Shown: one piece after another, positions 18,740 to 27,071 of the stretch | Layout: each line of letters starts with the position of its first letter | Numbering within the stretch: the first letter of the stretch is position 1 | Assembly: GCA_963973995.1 (NCBI GenBank) | Contig: CAXBCO010000003.1 | Location: 133,273-197,272 of the forward strand | Direction: 5' to 3' | From: an uncultured Alphaproteobacteria bacterium | Lineage (GTDB): Bacteria > Pseudomonadota > Alphaproteobacteria > Caulobacterales > Hyphomonadaceae | DNA length: 64,000 nucleotides | Notes under the pieces: model-generated | Database searches by the model: none | Told to the model about the DNA's origin: nothing | Seen by the model: only the letters and a program-made list of their open reading frames with translations | Program-made: the position numbers and the translations under genes

Positions 18740-20147
18740 CGGCAATCCACAGTCCGGCATGCGCCGCAAGATACACCACTGCGCCGAGTGAAGACAGGAT
18801 GCCGGCCTGGACCAGAAGCCCCGTCATCTCCTGAACGGGCTGGTCGAACAGCGACACGCGCGCCCATGTCACGGCGCCCGACATCACCAGTGCCGCCGCC
18901 AGCGACCGCCCTACGGCGGCCACTTGCCGGGAGATCGTGACATCGATCACAGTGGTCATCAGCCGGAAGCTGAGCCCGCACCAGACAACCGCGCCAAACA
19001 CGCCGGCCCAGAGGACACCGATGATTCCGAACTGGAGCGCGCCCAGCACCATCACCGGGATGTAGAGGCAGGCCGACACGGCTTTGAGGAAGAAGACCGA
19101 CCGTGTGCGCCCGAGCGCCGTGGCGATGGAGACGCTGATTGCGCCGAGCAGGTAGATGGCCGTAATCGGGGCCGCAAAGGCCAGGACAAGCGCGGCAGAG
19201 GCCCATTCGGGCCCCAGCGTAATTGCGACAATCTCTTTTGCCATCAATCCGATACCGATACAGATCGGCAGCGAGATGGCGAAGCTGGCATGCAGGCTGG
19301 ACAGATAGGCCGCCCGGACGCGGTAGAGATCGTCCTGAATCGAGCTGAAGGCGGCGAACATGGTGCGTTCCATCGGGGCGTAGAGGAACAGTTCCATCCG
19401 GTCAGCGAACTGGATGCCGACCGAGTAGGTCCCGAGCGTGGCATTGCCGAGCAGCTTGCCGATGAACAGGCTGGTCGCGGACTCGCGCAGGCTGTCGGCA
19501 ATCTGGGCGAGGCCCAGCCAGATCGAGAACCCGAAAAACTTGCGAAACTCCGACAGGGACAATCCCGGAATTTGCGGGCAGAGCGCGAATGACATGACCA
19601 GTGCGATCGCCCCGGACGCGATCAAGCCGAGCGGCAGGGCCCAATAGCTGCCGGTCGCAAACGCGACCCAGAACATGACCGCAAATGACGCGACCTTCGT
19701 TCCGATTTCGACCATGGCTTCCCATTTGAAGTCCATGTTGCGAATGTACATTTCGAACCGCGAATTCCGGAAGCCCAGCAGGAACGGGTAGATGGCAAGA
19801 GCACTGATGACAGCCAGCAGGCGCGGGTCGCCGAACACGGCAGCGACGGGCCAGGCGGCGGCGAGCATCAGGACGGTGACGATGGCGCCCCGGAGGATGT
19901 TCAGGGTCCATGCCGTATTGAAGTCCCGGTCGGTGACGGTTTTCAGTTGAACCAGCGCAGCGCCCACAGGCAGTTCGACAACGGCACCGGCAATCATGAA
20001 AACACTCATCGCGACGGCGACGAGGCCGAAATCCGCCGGAACGAGCAGCCGGGCAGCCACCAATGTGCTGACCAGGCCAATCGCCTGGCTGACAAAGCGC
20101 CCGAGCAGGAGCCAGGCTGTTCCGCGCAGGATCATCATTTTCAGCAT
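18675..20147 (-). CDS. MOP-superfamily oligosaccharide/polysaccharide flippase (Wzx-like), about 490 aa
   Basis: About 12-14 predicted hydrophobic helices. N-terminus ...ILRGTAWLLLGRFVSQAIGLVSTLVAARLLVPADFGL is typical of Wzx/PST flippases. The start is uncertain: ATG at 20147 is preferred, and the ORF-track ATG at 20282 is also possible. Confidence 0.7.
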   Translation of the reverse strand: MLKMMILRGTAWLLLGRFVSQAIGLVSTLVAARLLVPADFGLVAVAMSVFMIAGAVVELPVGAALVQLKTVTDRDFNTAWTLNILRGAIVTVLMLAAAWPVAAVFGDPRLLAVISALAIYPFLLGFRNSRFEMYIRNMDFKWEAMVEIGTKVASFAVMFWVAFATGSYWALPLGLIASGAIALVMSFALCPQIPGLSLSEFRKFFGFSIWLGLAQIADSLRESATSLFIGKLLGNATLGTYSVGIQFADRMELFLYAPMERTMFAAFSSIQDDLYRVRAAYLSSLHASFAISLPICIGIGLMAKEIVAITLGPEWASAALVLAFAAPITAIYLLGAISVSIATALGRTRSVFFLKAVSACLYIPVMVLGALQFGIIGVLWAGVFGAVVWCGLSFRLMTTVIDVTISRQVAAVGRSLAAALVMSGAVTWARVSLFDQPVQEMTGLLVQAGILSSLGAVVYLAAHAGLWIAANRPQGIERQVSARLSALSPA

Positions 20148-20324
20148 GGACGAACCATCTGTTGTAACTCCTGTTGCCTGTCGGGACGGGATCCCTGCCG
20201 TTGCACGTGCCAGAGCAAGATACATGCCCAGTTTATGGTTTATGGATTGCGAACGTTGCGGCTCGGAGCGAGTCCCGGACATTCAAAGGGCATCGGATTC
20301 CGGCCCGAAAGCGCCATACCGTCC

Positions 20325-21977
20325 TCAGCCCGGCATGGCGCGGGTGAGGATGGCATCCTGGTTGACCTCGCCGGCGACGTCACCATAGGCCAGACCGCGG
20401 CGGACCGGGTCGAGGCGCTGGAGGCAGAAGCCTTCGAACACATAGTCTGGCGCGCTGGCGTGCAGCGCGGCGCCCTGCAGGGCGAGGGCGAGCTGCTGGG
20501 CGAGGCGGCGGGCGGTGCCTTCGTGCAGCTGGCCGGGGCCGAGCTGGTCTTTCAGGGCGTCGATGTGGCTGTCGTAAAGCGGGCTGGCACCGCGCAGGCT
20601 GTCCACCTCGTGCAGGACCGCCTCGAGGCTTTCCGGTTCGCGGCCGATGGCGCGCAGGATGTCGAGCGCGATGACATTGCCGGAGCCTTCCCAGATCGCG
20701 TTCAGGGGCGACTGGCGGTAGAGGCGCGGCATCGGCCCTTCCTCGACATAGCCGGCGCCGCCGAGGCATTCGAGCGCCTCGTAGACAAAGCCCGGCTGGC
20801 GCTTGCAGACCCAGTATTTGGCGACCGGCGTGGCAAGGCGCATGAAGGCCGCCTCCTGCGGGTCTGACGCAGCGCGGTCGAAACTGGCGGCGACGCGCAG
20901 GGCGATGGCGGTGGCCGCCTCGCTCTCGAGGGCGAGGTCTGTCAGCACGGCCTTCATGGCGGGCTGGTCGGCGAGCGTCTTCTGGAAGACGCGGCGCTGG
21001 GACGTGTGCCAGAGCGCCTGGACGAGCGCGGCGCGCATGCCGCCGGTCGAGCCGAGGATGCAGTCGAGGCGGGTGTGCTGGACCATGTCGATAATCGTGC
21101 GCACGCCCCTGCCCGGCTCGCCGAGACGGCGGGCCCAGGCGCCGTGATACTCGATCTCGGAGGAGGCGTTGGACTTGTCGCCCATCTTGTCCTTCAGGCG
21201 CATGACGTGGATGGCATTGCGCGTGCCGTCCGGCCGCCAGCGAGGCACGAGGAAGCAGGTCAGGCCTTCCTCCGTATACGCAAGGGTGAGGAAGGCGTCG
21301 CTCATCGGCGCCGAGCAGAACCATTTGTGGCCGGTCAGGCTGTAGGCGTCGCCGCCGAGGGGGGCGGCGCGGGTCGTGTTCGCGCGCACGTCGGAGCCGC
21401 CCTGCTTCTCGGTCATGGCCATGCCGATGGTGACGCCGGTTTTCTGGGCGGCCGGGATGAAGCGCGGATCGTAGGCCTGCGCGGCGACGCGCGGCTCCCA
21501 CTCCGCCGCGAGGGCGGGGTCGGCGCGCAGGGCCGGGACGCAGGCATAGGTCATCGACATCGGGCAGGTCACGCCGGCATCGGCCTGGTTCATCAGGATC
21601 ATCATGGCGGCATGGCGGACATGGCCGGCCACGGGCACGGTCCAGGCCGAACCGGACACACCGGAATCGAGGCCGAGCGCCATCAGGCTGTGATAGGCGG
21701 GGTGGAAGTCGACCTCGTCGAGGCGGTGACCGAAGCGGTCGAAGGATTTCAGCCTCGGCGGGTTTTCGTTGGCCTGCCGAGACCACTCAATCGTCTCGGC
21801 CGCACCACAGCGAGCCCCGAAAGCGGCCAGGCCTTCCGTATGCGATGCCCCGCCATGGAACCGCACCGCCTCGCTGAGCGCGGTGTCGCCGAGGAAGAGG
21901 TTGCGGTCCTCGAAGGGCAACGGCTGGTTCTCGACGGAATGGGTTTCGAGTTCGGCGAGCGGCTTATAGTGCGACAT
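20325..21977 (-). CDS. AidB-like acyl-CoA dehydrogenase family protein, 550 aa
   Basis: Length and organisation match long AidB-type ACADs. Segments GMAMTEKQGGSDV, EALECLGGAGYVEE and SPLNAIWEGSGNV. Confidence 0.85.
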   Translation of the reverse strand: MSHYKPLAELETHSVENQPLPFEDRNLFLGDTALSEAVRFHGGASHTEGLAAFGARCGAAETIEWSRQANENPPRLKSFDRFGHRLDEVDFHPAYHSLMALGLDSGVSGSAWTVPVAGHVRHAAMMILMNQADAGVTCPMSMTYACVPALRADPALAAEWEPRVAAQAYDPRFIPAAQKTGVTIGMAMTEKQGGSDVRANTTRAAPLGGDAYSLTGHKWFCSAPMSDAFLTLAYTEEGLTCFLVPRWRPDGTRNAIHVMRLKDKMGDKSNASSEIEYHGAWARRLGEPGRGVRTIIDMVQHTRLDCILGSTGGMRAALVQALWHTSQRRVFQKTLADQPAMKAVLTDLALESEAATAIALRVAASFDRAASDPQEAAFMRLATPVAKYWVCKRQPGFVYEALECLGGAGYVEEGPMPRLYRQSPLNAIWEGSGNVIALDILRAIGREPESLEAVLHEVDSLRGASPLYDSHIDALKDQLGPGQLHEGTARRLAQQLALALQGAALHASAPDYVFEGFCLQRLDPVRRGLAYGDVAGEVNQDAILTRAMPG

Positions 21978-22006
21978 GGGGCGAGTCCGTTCCGTTGGGG
22001 TGGGCG

Positions 22007-22861
22007 TCAGGCGGCTGCGTCGAAATAGGGCCTGTCGCCCGCAATCGTGACGCGTTCCATGATGCGGGTATTGGGGAAATAGTCACTGGCGGCATAGTGC
22101 TGGCAGGCGCGGTTGTCCCAGAAGGCGATGGAGCCCAGCGCCCAGCGGAAGCGGCACTGGTATTCGGGGATTGCGGCGCGCGAATAGAGGAACTTCAGGA
22201 GCGTGTCGCTCTCGTCCCGGTCGAGGCCCTTTATATGGTCGGTGAAGGCAGTGTTGACATAGAGCAGGCGCTGGCCGGTTTCCGGATGGGTGCGGACGAC
22301 CGGGTGCTCCATCAGCGGGAATTTCTCGTGCAGGGCGGCCGCGTCCTTGCCGAGGCGCTTGGCGAAGACGCGGGCGATATCGTGCACGGCCGTCATCCCG
22401 CAGAGACGGGTTTTCAGGTCTTCATCGAGATCCTCATAGGCCATGACCATGTTCGAGAAGAGCGTGTCACCACCGACTTCGGGAAGCTCGATGGCGCGCA
22501 GGATGGACCCCAACGAAGGCTGCTCGCGCCAGGTCACATCGGAATGCCAGGCGTTCTCCATGCCACGCGAATTGGGACCGTGGACGATGCGGAGCACTTC
22601 GCGGTCCGGCTGGTCCTTCGGCGTGGCGGGGTGGATCTCAAGTTCGCCAAAGGCGCTGGCGAAGGCGATGTGCTGTGACCGAGTGATGTCCTGATCGCGA
22701 AAGAAGACGACCTGGTATTGCAGCAGGGCGGCGCGCACTTCTTCGACCAGCGTATCGCTCGGAGCGGCCAGGTCTGCTCCGATCAGTTCAGCCCCAATCG
22801 CAGGCGACAGCGGCCGGGCGTCAAACTGGGTAAAGTCACCGGAAAACTCGGAATACGGCAT
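22007..22861 (-). CDS. TauD/TfdA-family Fe(II)/2-oxoglutarate dioxygenase, 284 aa
   Basis: WHSDVTW (HxD iron ligands), GGDTLFSNM, a distal His in AIPEYQCRFRW...WDNRACQH. Lies 29 nt upstream of the ACAD gene. Confidence 0.9.
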   Translation of the reverse strand: MPYSEFSGDFTQFDARPLSPAIGAELIGADLAAPSDTLVEEVRAALLQYQVVFFRDQDITRSQHIAFASAFGELEIHPATPKDQPDREVLRIVHGPNSRGMENAWHSDVTWREQPSLGSILRAIELPEVGGDTLFSNMVMAYEDLDEDLKTRLCGMTAVHDIARVFAKRLGKDAAALHEKFPLMEHPVVRTHPETGQRLLYVNTAFTDHIKGLDRDESDTLLKFLYSRAAIPEYQCRFRWALGSIAFWDNRACQHYAASDYFPNTRIMERVTIAGDRPYFDAAA

Positions 22862-22960
22862 GTCGTTTCTCCCTTTTCATTTGAGATTAGCACTTTGCGC
22901 CGAAATTGGGAGAGCATGCAGACCCTAGCGCTGGCGCCTTGTGCACGCTATCTGCCGGGT

Positions 22961-24778
22961 ATGGCTCAACCTCCCCTGATTTCCCTGTCCGATGTCCGCC
23001 TCTCGCTTGGCGCAAAACCCCTGTTCGAAGGAGTAACGCTCAGCCTGTCGAAGGGTGAGCGCGCGGCCCTGGTCGGGCGCAATGGGGCGGGCAAGTCCAC
23101 CCTGATGCGGATCATCTCCGAGCAGCAGGAGGCTGATAGCGGCCAGGTCTGGCGCCAGCCCGGAACGACCTTTGCGACCGTGGTGCAGGAACCGCGCTTT
23201 GACGGCTATGACACCGTCCTCGATTATGTCAGCGAGGGGCTGGAATACACCTATATGGCCGAGGCCGAGCTGATGGAGTTTGGCGTCGACCCGGCGGCCG
23301 ACCCGAAGACCCTGTCAGGCGGGCAGCAGCGCCGCGTGGCACTGGCCAAGGCGTTTGCCGCCGAGCCGGACGTGATCCTGCTGGACGAGCCGACAAACCA
23401 CCTCGACGTACCGATGATCGAATATCTCGAAGGGCGCCTGAAGGCGTTCAACGGCGTCGTGCTCGTGGTCAGCCACGACCGTCGTTTCCTTGAGAACATA
23501 TCGACCAATACGCTGTGGCTGCGGCAGGGCGTCGTGCTGAAATCCCCGGAAGGCTACGTAAAGTTCGACGAGTGGGCGGAAGCCATCGAGGTCGAAGAAG
23601 AGCGCCAGATGAAGCGCATGACGACGCAGCTGAAGGACGAGCATCGCTGGCTCGCACGCGGCGTCACCGGGCGGCGCAAGCGCAACCAGGGCCGCCTCGC
23701 CCGGCTGCACGACATGCGCGCGACCCATGGTGCCATGCGAGCCGCGCTGAACGACCGCAAGACCACGGCCGAGTTCAGCGCGGGCGTTGGCGACCCGATG
23801 AGCAAGAAGGTGATCGAGGTCAAAGGCCTGTCGAAAACATTCGATACGCCGAACGGGCCGCTTGTGATCGCGAAAGACCTGTCGCTGAAAATCCTGCGCG
23901 GCGACCGGATCGGCATTATCGGTCCGAACGGTGCCGGCAAGACGACGCTGGTCCGCCTGCTACTCGGCGAGATCGAACCCGACGAGGGAACTGTTCGCCA
24001 CGGCAAGACGCTGGACGTGACCTATCTGGACCAGACACGCGACACGCTGAACCCGAAAGACACGATCTGGGAGGCGCTGGCGCCTGCGGGCGGGGACTCG
24101 CTGATGGTGCAGGGCCAGCAGCGCCACATCGCCTCCTATGCCAAGGATTTCCTGTTCAAGCCGGAACAGCTGCGCCAGCCTGTCGGGGCGCTGTCGGGCG
24201 GCGAGCGCAACCGGCTCGCACTGGCCATCGGGCTTGCCAAGCCTTCCACGCTTCTGGTCATGGATGAACCGACCAACGACCTGGACCTGCAGACGCTCGA
24301 ACTGCTGGAAGACATGCTGCTGAATTATGAGGGAACGCTCCTGCTGGTCAGCCACGACCGGGCATTCCTCGATTCCTCGGTGACGAGCTGTCTCTGCCCG
24401 CTGGGCGACGGCAAATGGGTGCAGACGGCAGGCGGCTGGACCGACGCGCAGGACCAGCTCGCGAATATACGCAGACACGATGAATCCGACGCGCACGCCA
24501 GTAAAGCAAAGGCGCCGGACACTCCAAAAGCCAAGCCGCAGAAAAAGCTCTCCTTCAAGGACGCCCATCGCCAGAAGGAGATCGATGAATTGATCCCCAA
24601 ACTGAAGGCCGAAGTGGCCGCGCTGGAAAAGGCGCTGGCCGACCCGGACCTCTATTCCCGCGATCCGGACGCCTTCAATGCCAAGTCGGCCCGCATCGCT
24701 GCGGCGCGGGCGGAAGCCGAAGCCGCCGAGATGGAATGGCTGGAAATCGAGGAAAAGCGCGAGGCGCTGGCGGGCTGA
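22961..24778 (+). CDS. ABC-F family ATPase (Uup-like), 605 aa
   Basis: Two ABC cassettes: Walker A GRNGAGKST and GPNGAGKTT, signatures LSGGQQRRVALA and LSGGERNRLALA. C-terminal charged coiled-coil tail. I chose the internal ATG at 22961 because the ORF-track start overlaps tauD. Confidence 0.9.
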   Translation: MAQPPLISLSDVRLSLGAKPLFEGVTLSLSKGERAALVGRNGAGKSTLMRIISEQQEADSGQVWRQPGTTFATVVQEPRFDGYDTVLDYVSEGLEYTYMAEAELMEFGVDPAADPKTLSGGQQRRVALAKAFAAEPDVILLDEPTNHLDVPMIEYLEGRLKAFNGVVLVVSHDRRFLENISTNTLWLRQGVVLKSPEGYVKFDEWAEAIEVEEERQMKRMTTQLKDEHRWLARGVTGRRKRNQGRLARLHDMRATHGAMRAALNDRKTTAEFSAGVGDPMSKKVIEVKGLSKTFDTPNGPLVIAKDLSLKILRGDRIGIIGPNGAGKTTLVRLLLGEIEPDEGTVRHGKTLDVTYLDQTRDTLNPKDTIWEALAPAGGDSLMVQGQQRHIASYAKDFLFKPEQLRQPVGALSGGERNRLALAIGLAKPSTLLVMDEPTNDLDLQTLELLEDMLLNYEGTLLLVSHDRAFLDSSVTSCLCPLGDGKWVQTAGGWTDAQDQLANIRRHDESDAHASKAKAPDTPKAKPQKKLSFKDAHRQKEIDELIPKLKAEVAALEKALADPDLYSRDPDAFNAKSARIAAARAEAEAAEMEWLEIEEKREALAG

Positions 24779-24827
24779 ACGTAAAAGCTTCCTTAACCGG
24801 CGCGACCTAGATTCCGGGGCTGGATAT

Positions 24828-25328
24828 ATGGGAGTTCAGCCAATGCGCCCTTCATGGATGCTTGCGATTGCCGCCTGCCTGGTGGCGCCTGCCTTTGCCG
24901 ATGCGCCGATGTCGCTGAAGGCTGATGCCGTGGCGCCCCCTGCGCCGGTCGGCCACGAACAGGGCCTGTACCGCTTTGGCGCCACCTATAACGTGATGCC
25001 GTCCGAGGACGCGCTGAGCTGCCAGACCGCCTGCGCAGATGATGCGGTCTGCCTGGCCTGGAGCTTTGTTTCTGCGGCAGGCGATGCCGATGCCTGGTGC
25101 GAATTGAAGCGCAGCGGGGGCCAGATCGAACACAATCCGATGGCGACCTCCGGCTTCTCGCCACGCCATGAAGCGATCTTCATGCCGGTGGCGGCCGAGC
25201 CGGTCGAAGAACTGCTCGGTGACGGGGGTGCGCCAGACGCAGACCACATCAAGGCGATCACGGTCGAGATCGAGAAAGTCGACATTGATGGGCCGACCGA
25301 CCTGACCAAGCCCCAAACCGAAAACTAG
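24828..25328 (+). CDS. Secreted PAN/Apple-like domain protein, 166 aa
   Basis: Signal peptide MRPSWMLAIAACLVAPAFA. Cys pattern CQTAC...AVCLAWSF...WCELK resembles PAN/Apple modules. Confidence 0.5.
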   Translation: MGVQPMRPSWMLAIAACLVAPAFADAPMSLKADAVAPPAPVGHEQGLYRFGATYNVMPSEDALSCQTACADDAVCLAWSFVSAAGDADAWCELKRSGGQIEHNPMATSGFSPRHEAIFMPVAAEPVEELLGDGGAPDADHIKAITVEIEKVDIDGPTDLTKPQTEN

Positions 25329-26923
25329 AGCGAGCGTTCCTTCGTCGCCGTGAACCGGATCGCCGGGTTCTTTTCCTGCGCGTAGCCGACATCCCAGGCA
25401 TTCTTCGCCAGATAGACCGGTGCGCCGTCAAGATCGGTGCCCGAAGCCGACTTGTTCCGTTCCATGAATTCCTCGAGCTTGGCCGGGTCGTCGCACGCCA
25501 TCCAGCGCGCCACATTGTAGGGCGCCGGTTCGAACACGACTTCGAGATTGTATTCGGCCGCCACGCGCTCGATCATGACTTCGAACTGGAGCTGTCCGAC
25601 GGCGCCGACGATCATGTCGGAACCGATAGCGGGCTTGAACAATTGCGTGACGCCTTCTTCGGCAAGGCTTTCGAGTGCCTTGCGCAAGTGCTTGGCCTTC
25701 ATCGGGTCTTTCACGCGGGCGCGGCGCAGCAGTTCCGGCGCGAAGTTTGGAATACCGGCAAACTGGATCTCGCCGCTTTCCGACAGGCTGTCGCCGACGC
25801 GCAGCTGGCCATGGTTTGGCACGCCGATGACGTCGCCGGCATAGGCCGTCTCGGCAATCTCGCGGTCCTGCGCGAGGAACATCAGCGGATTGTGGATATT
25901 GAGCTGCTTGCCGCTGGCGCTCTTGAGGCGCATGCCGCGCTTGAACTCACCTGAGCATAGCCGAAGGAAGGCAACACGGTCGCGGTGGTTGGGGTCCATG
26001 TTCGCCTGGATCTTGAAGACAAAGCCGGAAACGTCCGGATCGGACGGTTTGACCTCGATGGGAGCGCCCTTGCGTTCCGCCTTCTGAACGCGCGGGGGCG
26101 GCGCATAATCACGCAGCGTGTTCAGCAATTCAGCAACGCCAAAATGACGAAGTGCCGAACCGAACACAACCGGGGTCATGTTGCCCGCCTTGAAGGCCTC
26201 CTCATCGAATTTCGGGAGCAGGCTGGTGACCATCTCCACCCCTTCAATAAGTTCCGCATACACATGGTCATCCAGCTTGCCGATGAGCGCTTCGTCGCTG
26301 CCGGGAATGCGCGTGGCCGGGCCGATATGCGGCGGCTCGCCGGGCCGGCGGTCGAACTGGCAGAACTCGCCGGTCGAGAGATCCTTCATGCCTGCAAAGC
26401 GCTGGCCGGACGCCGCCGGCCAGTAGAGCGGCGCGGTGTCGAGCTGGAGCTTGTCCTGCACTTCGTCGAGCAGTTCGATCGGCTCCAGCGCTTCGCGGTC
26501 CATCTTGTTGATGAATGTGACAATCGGAATGTCGCGCATGCGGCAGACCTCAAACAATTTGAGCGTCTGCGGCTCGATACCCTTGGCAGCGTCAAGCACC
26601 ATCACGGCGCAGTCTGCCGCCGTCAGCGTGCGATAGGTGTCCTCGGAAAAGTCTTCGTGGCCCGGCGTGTCGAGCAGGTTGAAGACCAGGTCGCTGTATT
26701 CGAATGTCATCACCGAGGCCGAGACCGAGATTCCGCGATCACGCTCGATCTTCATCCAGTCGGAGCGCGTGCGCCGCTGCTGGCCCCGCGCCGCGACCTC
26801 GCCCGCTGCGCGGATGGCGCCGCCTGCAAGAAGGATATTTTCGGTCAGCGTCGTCTTACCCGCATCCGGGTGCGAGATGATGGCGAAGGTACGCCGCCGG
26901 GCGGCTTCCTGAACATGGGACAT
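25325..26923 (-). CDS. prfC: Peptide chain release factor 3
   Basis: GTPase motifs AIISHPDAGKTTLTE, DTPGHEDF, NKMD. I chose the ATG at 26923 by comparison with typical RF3 N-termini. Confidence 0.95.
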   Translation of the reverse strand: MSHVQEAARRRTFAIISHPDAGKTTLTENILLAGGAIRAAGEVAARGQQRRTRSDWMKIERDRGISVSASVMTFEYSDLVFNLLDTPGHEDFSEDTYRTLTAADCAVMVLDAAKGIEPQTLKLFEVCRMRDIPIVTFINKMDREALEPIELLDEVQDKLQLDTAPLYWPAASGQRFAGMKDLSTGEFCQFDRRPGEPPHIGPATRIPGSDEALIGKLDDHVYAELIEGVEMVTSLLPKFDEEAFKAGNMTPVVFGSALRHFGVAELLNTLRDYAPPPRVQKAERKGAPIEVKPSDPDVSGFVFKIQANMDPNHRDRVAFLRLCSGEFKRGMRLKSASGKQLNIHNPLMFLAQDREIAETAYAGDVIGVPNHGQLRVGDSLSESGEIQFAGIPNFAPELLRRARVKDPMKAKHLRKALESLAEEGVTQLFKPAIGSDMIVGAVGQLQFEVMIERVAAEYNLEVVFEPAPYNVARWMACDDPAKLEEFMERNKSASGTDLDGAPVYLAKNAWDVGYAQEKNPAIRFTATKERSL

Positions 26924-27071
26924 TGGGTTTCCGGACAAATTTGGTTTCAACCGCCAGCCCCTAGCCGATTTAAAGGCGGGAATGAAGGGGTGGAAAGCGG
27001 GTTCGCGCCCAAGGATTGTCTTGCTATGTTGGATGAGGCGGCAAACACGTGTGAACAAGGGTAGGCTTATC

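Noticed and set aside
20380-21786. 468-aa minus-strand ORF in an alternative frame of the ACAD gene, plus the plus-strand ORFs 19947-20867 and 21006-22028
   Set aside because: They are Arg/Pro-rich off-frame or antisense translations of the confidently assigned ACAD and flippase genes.
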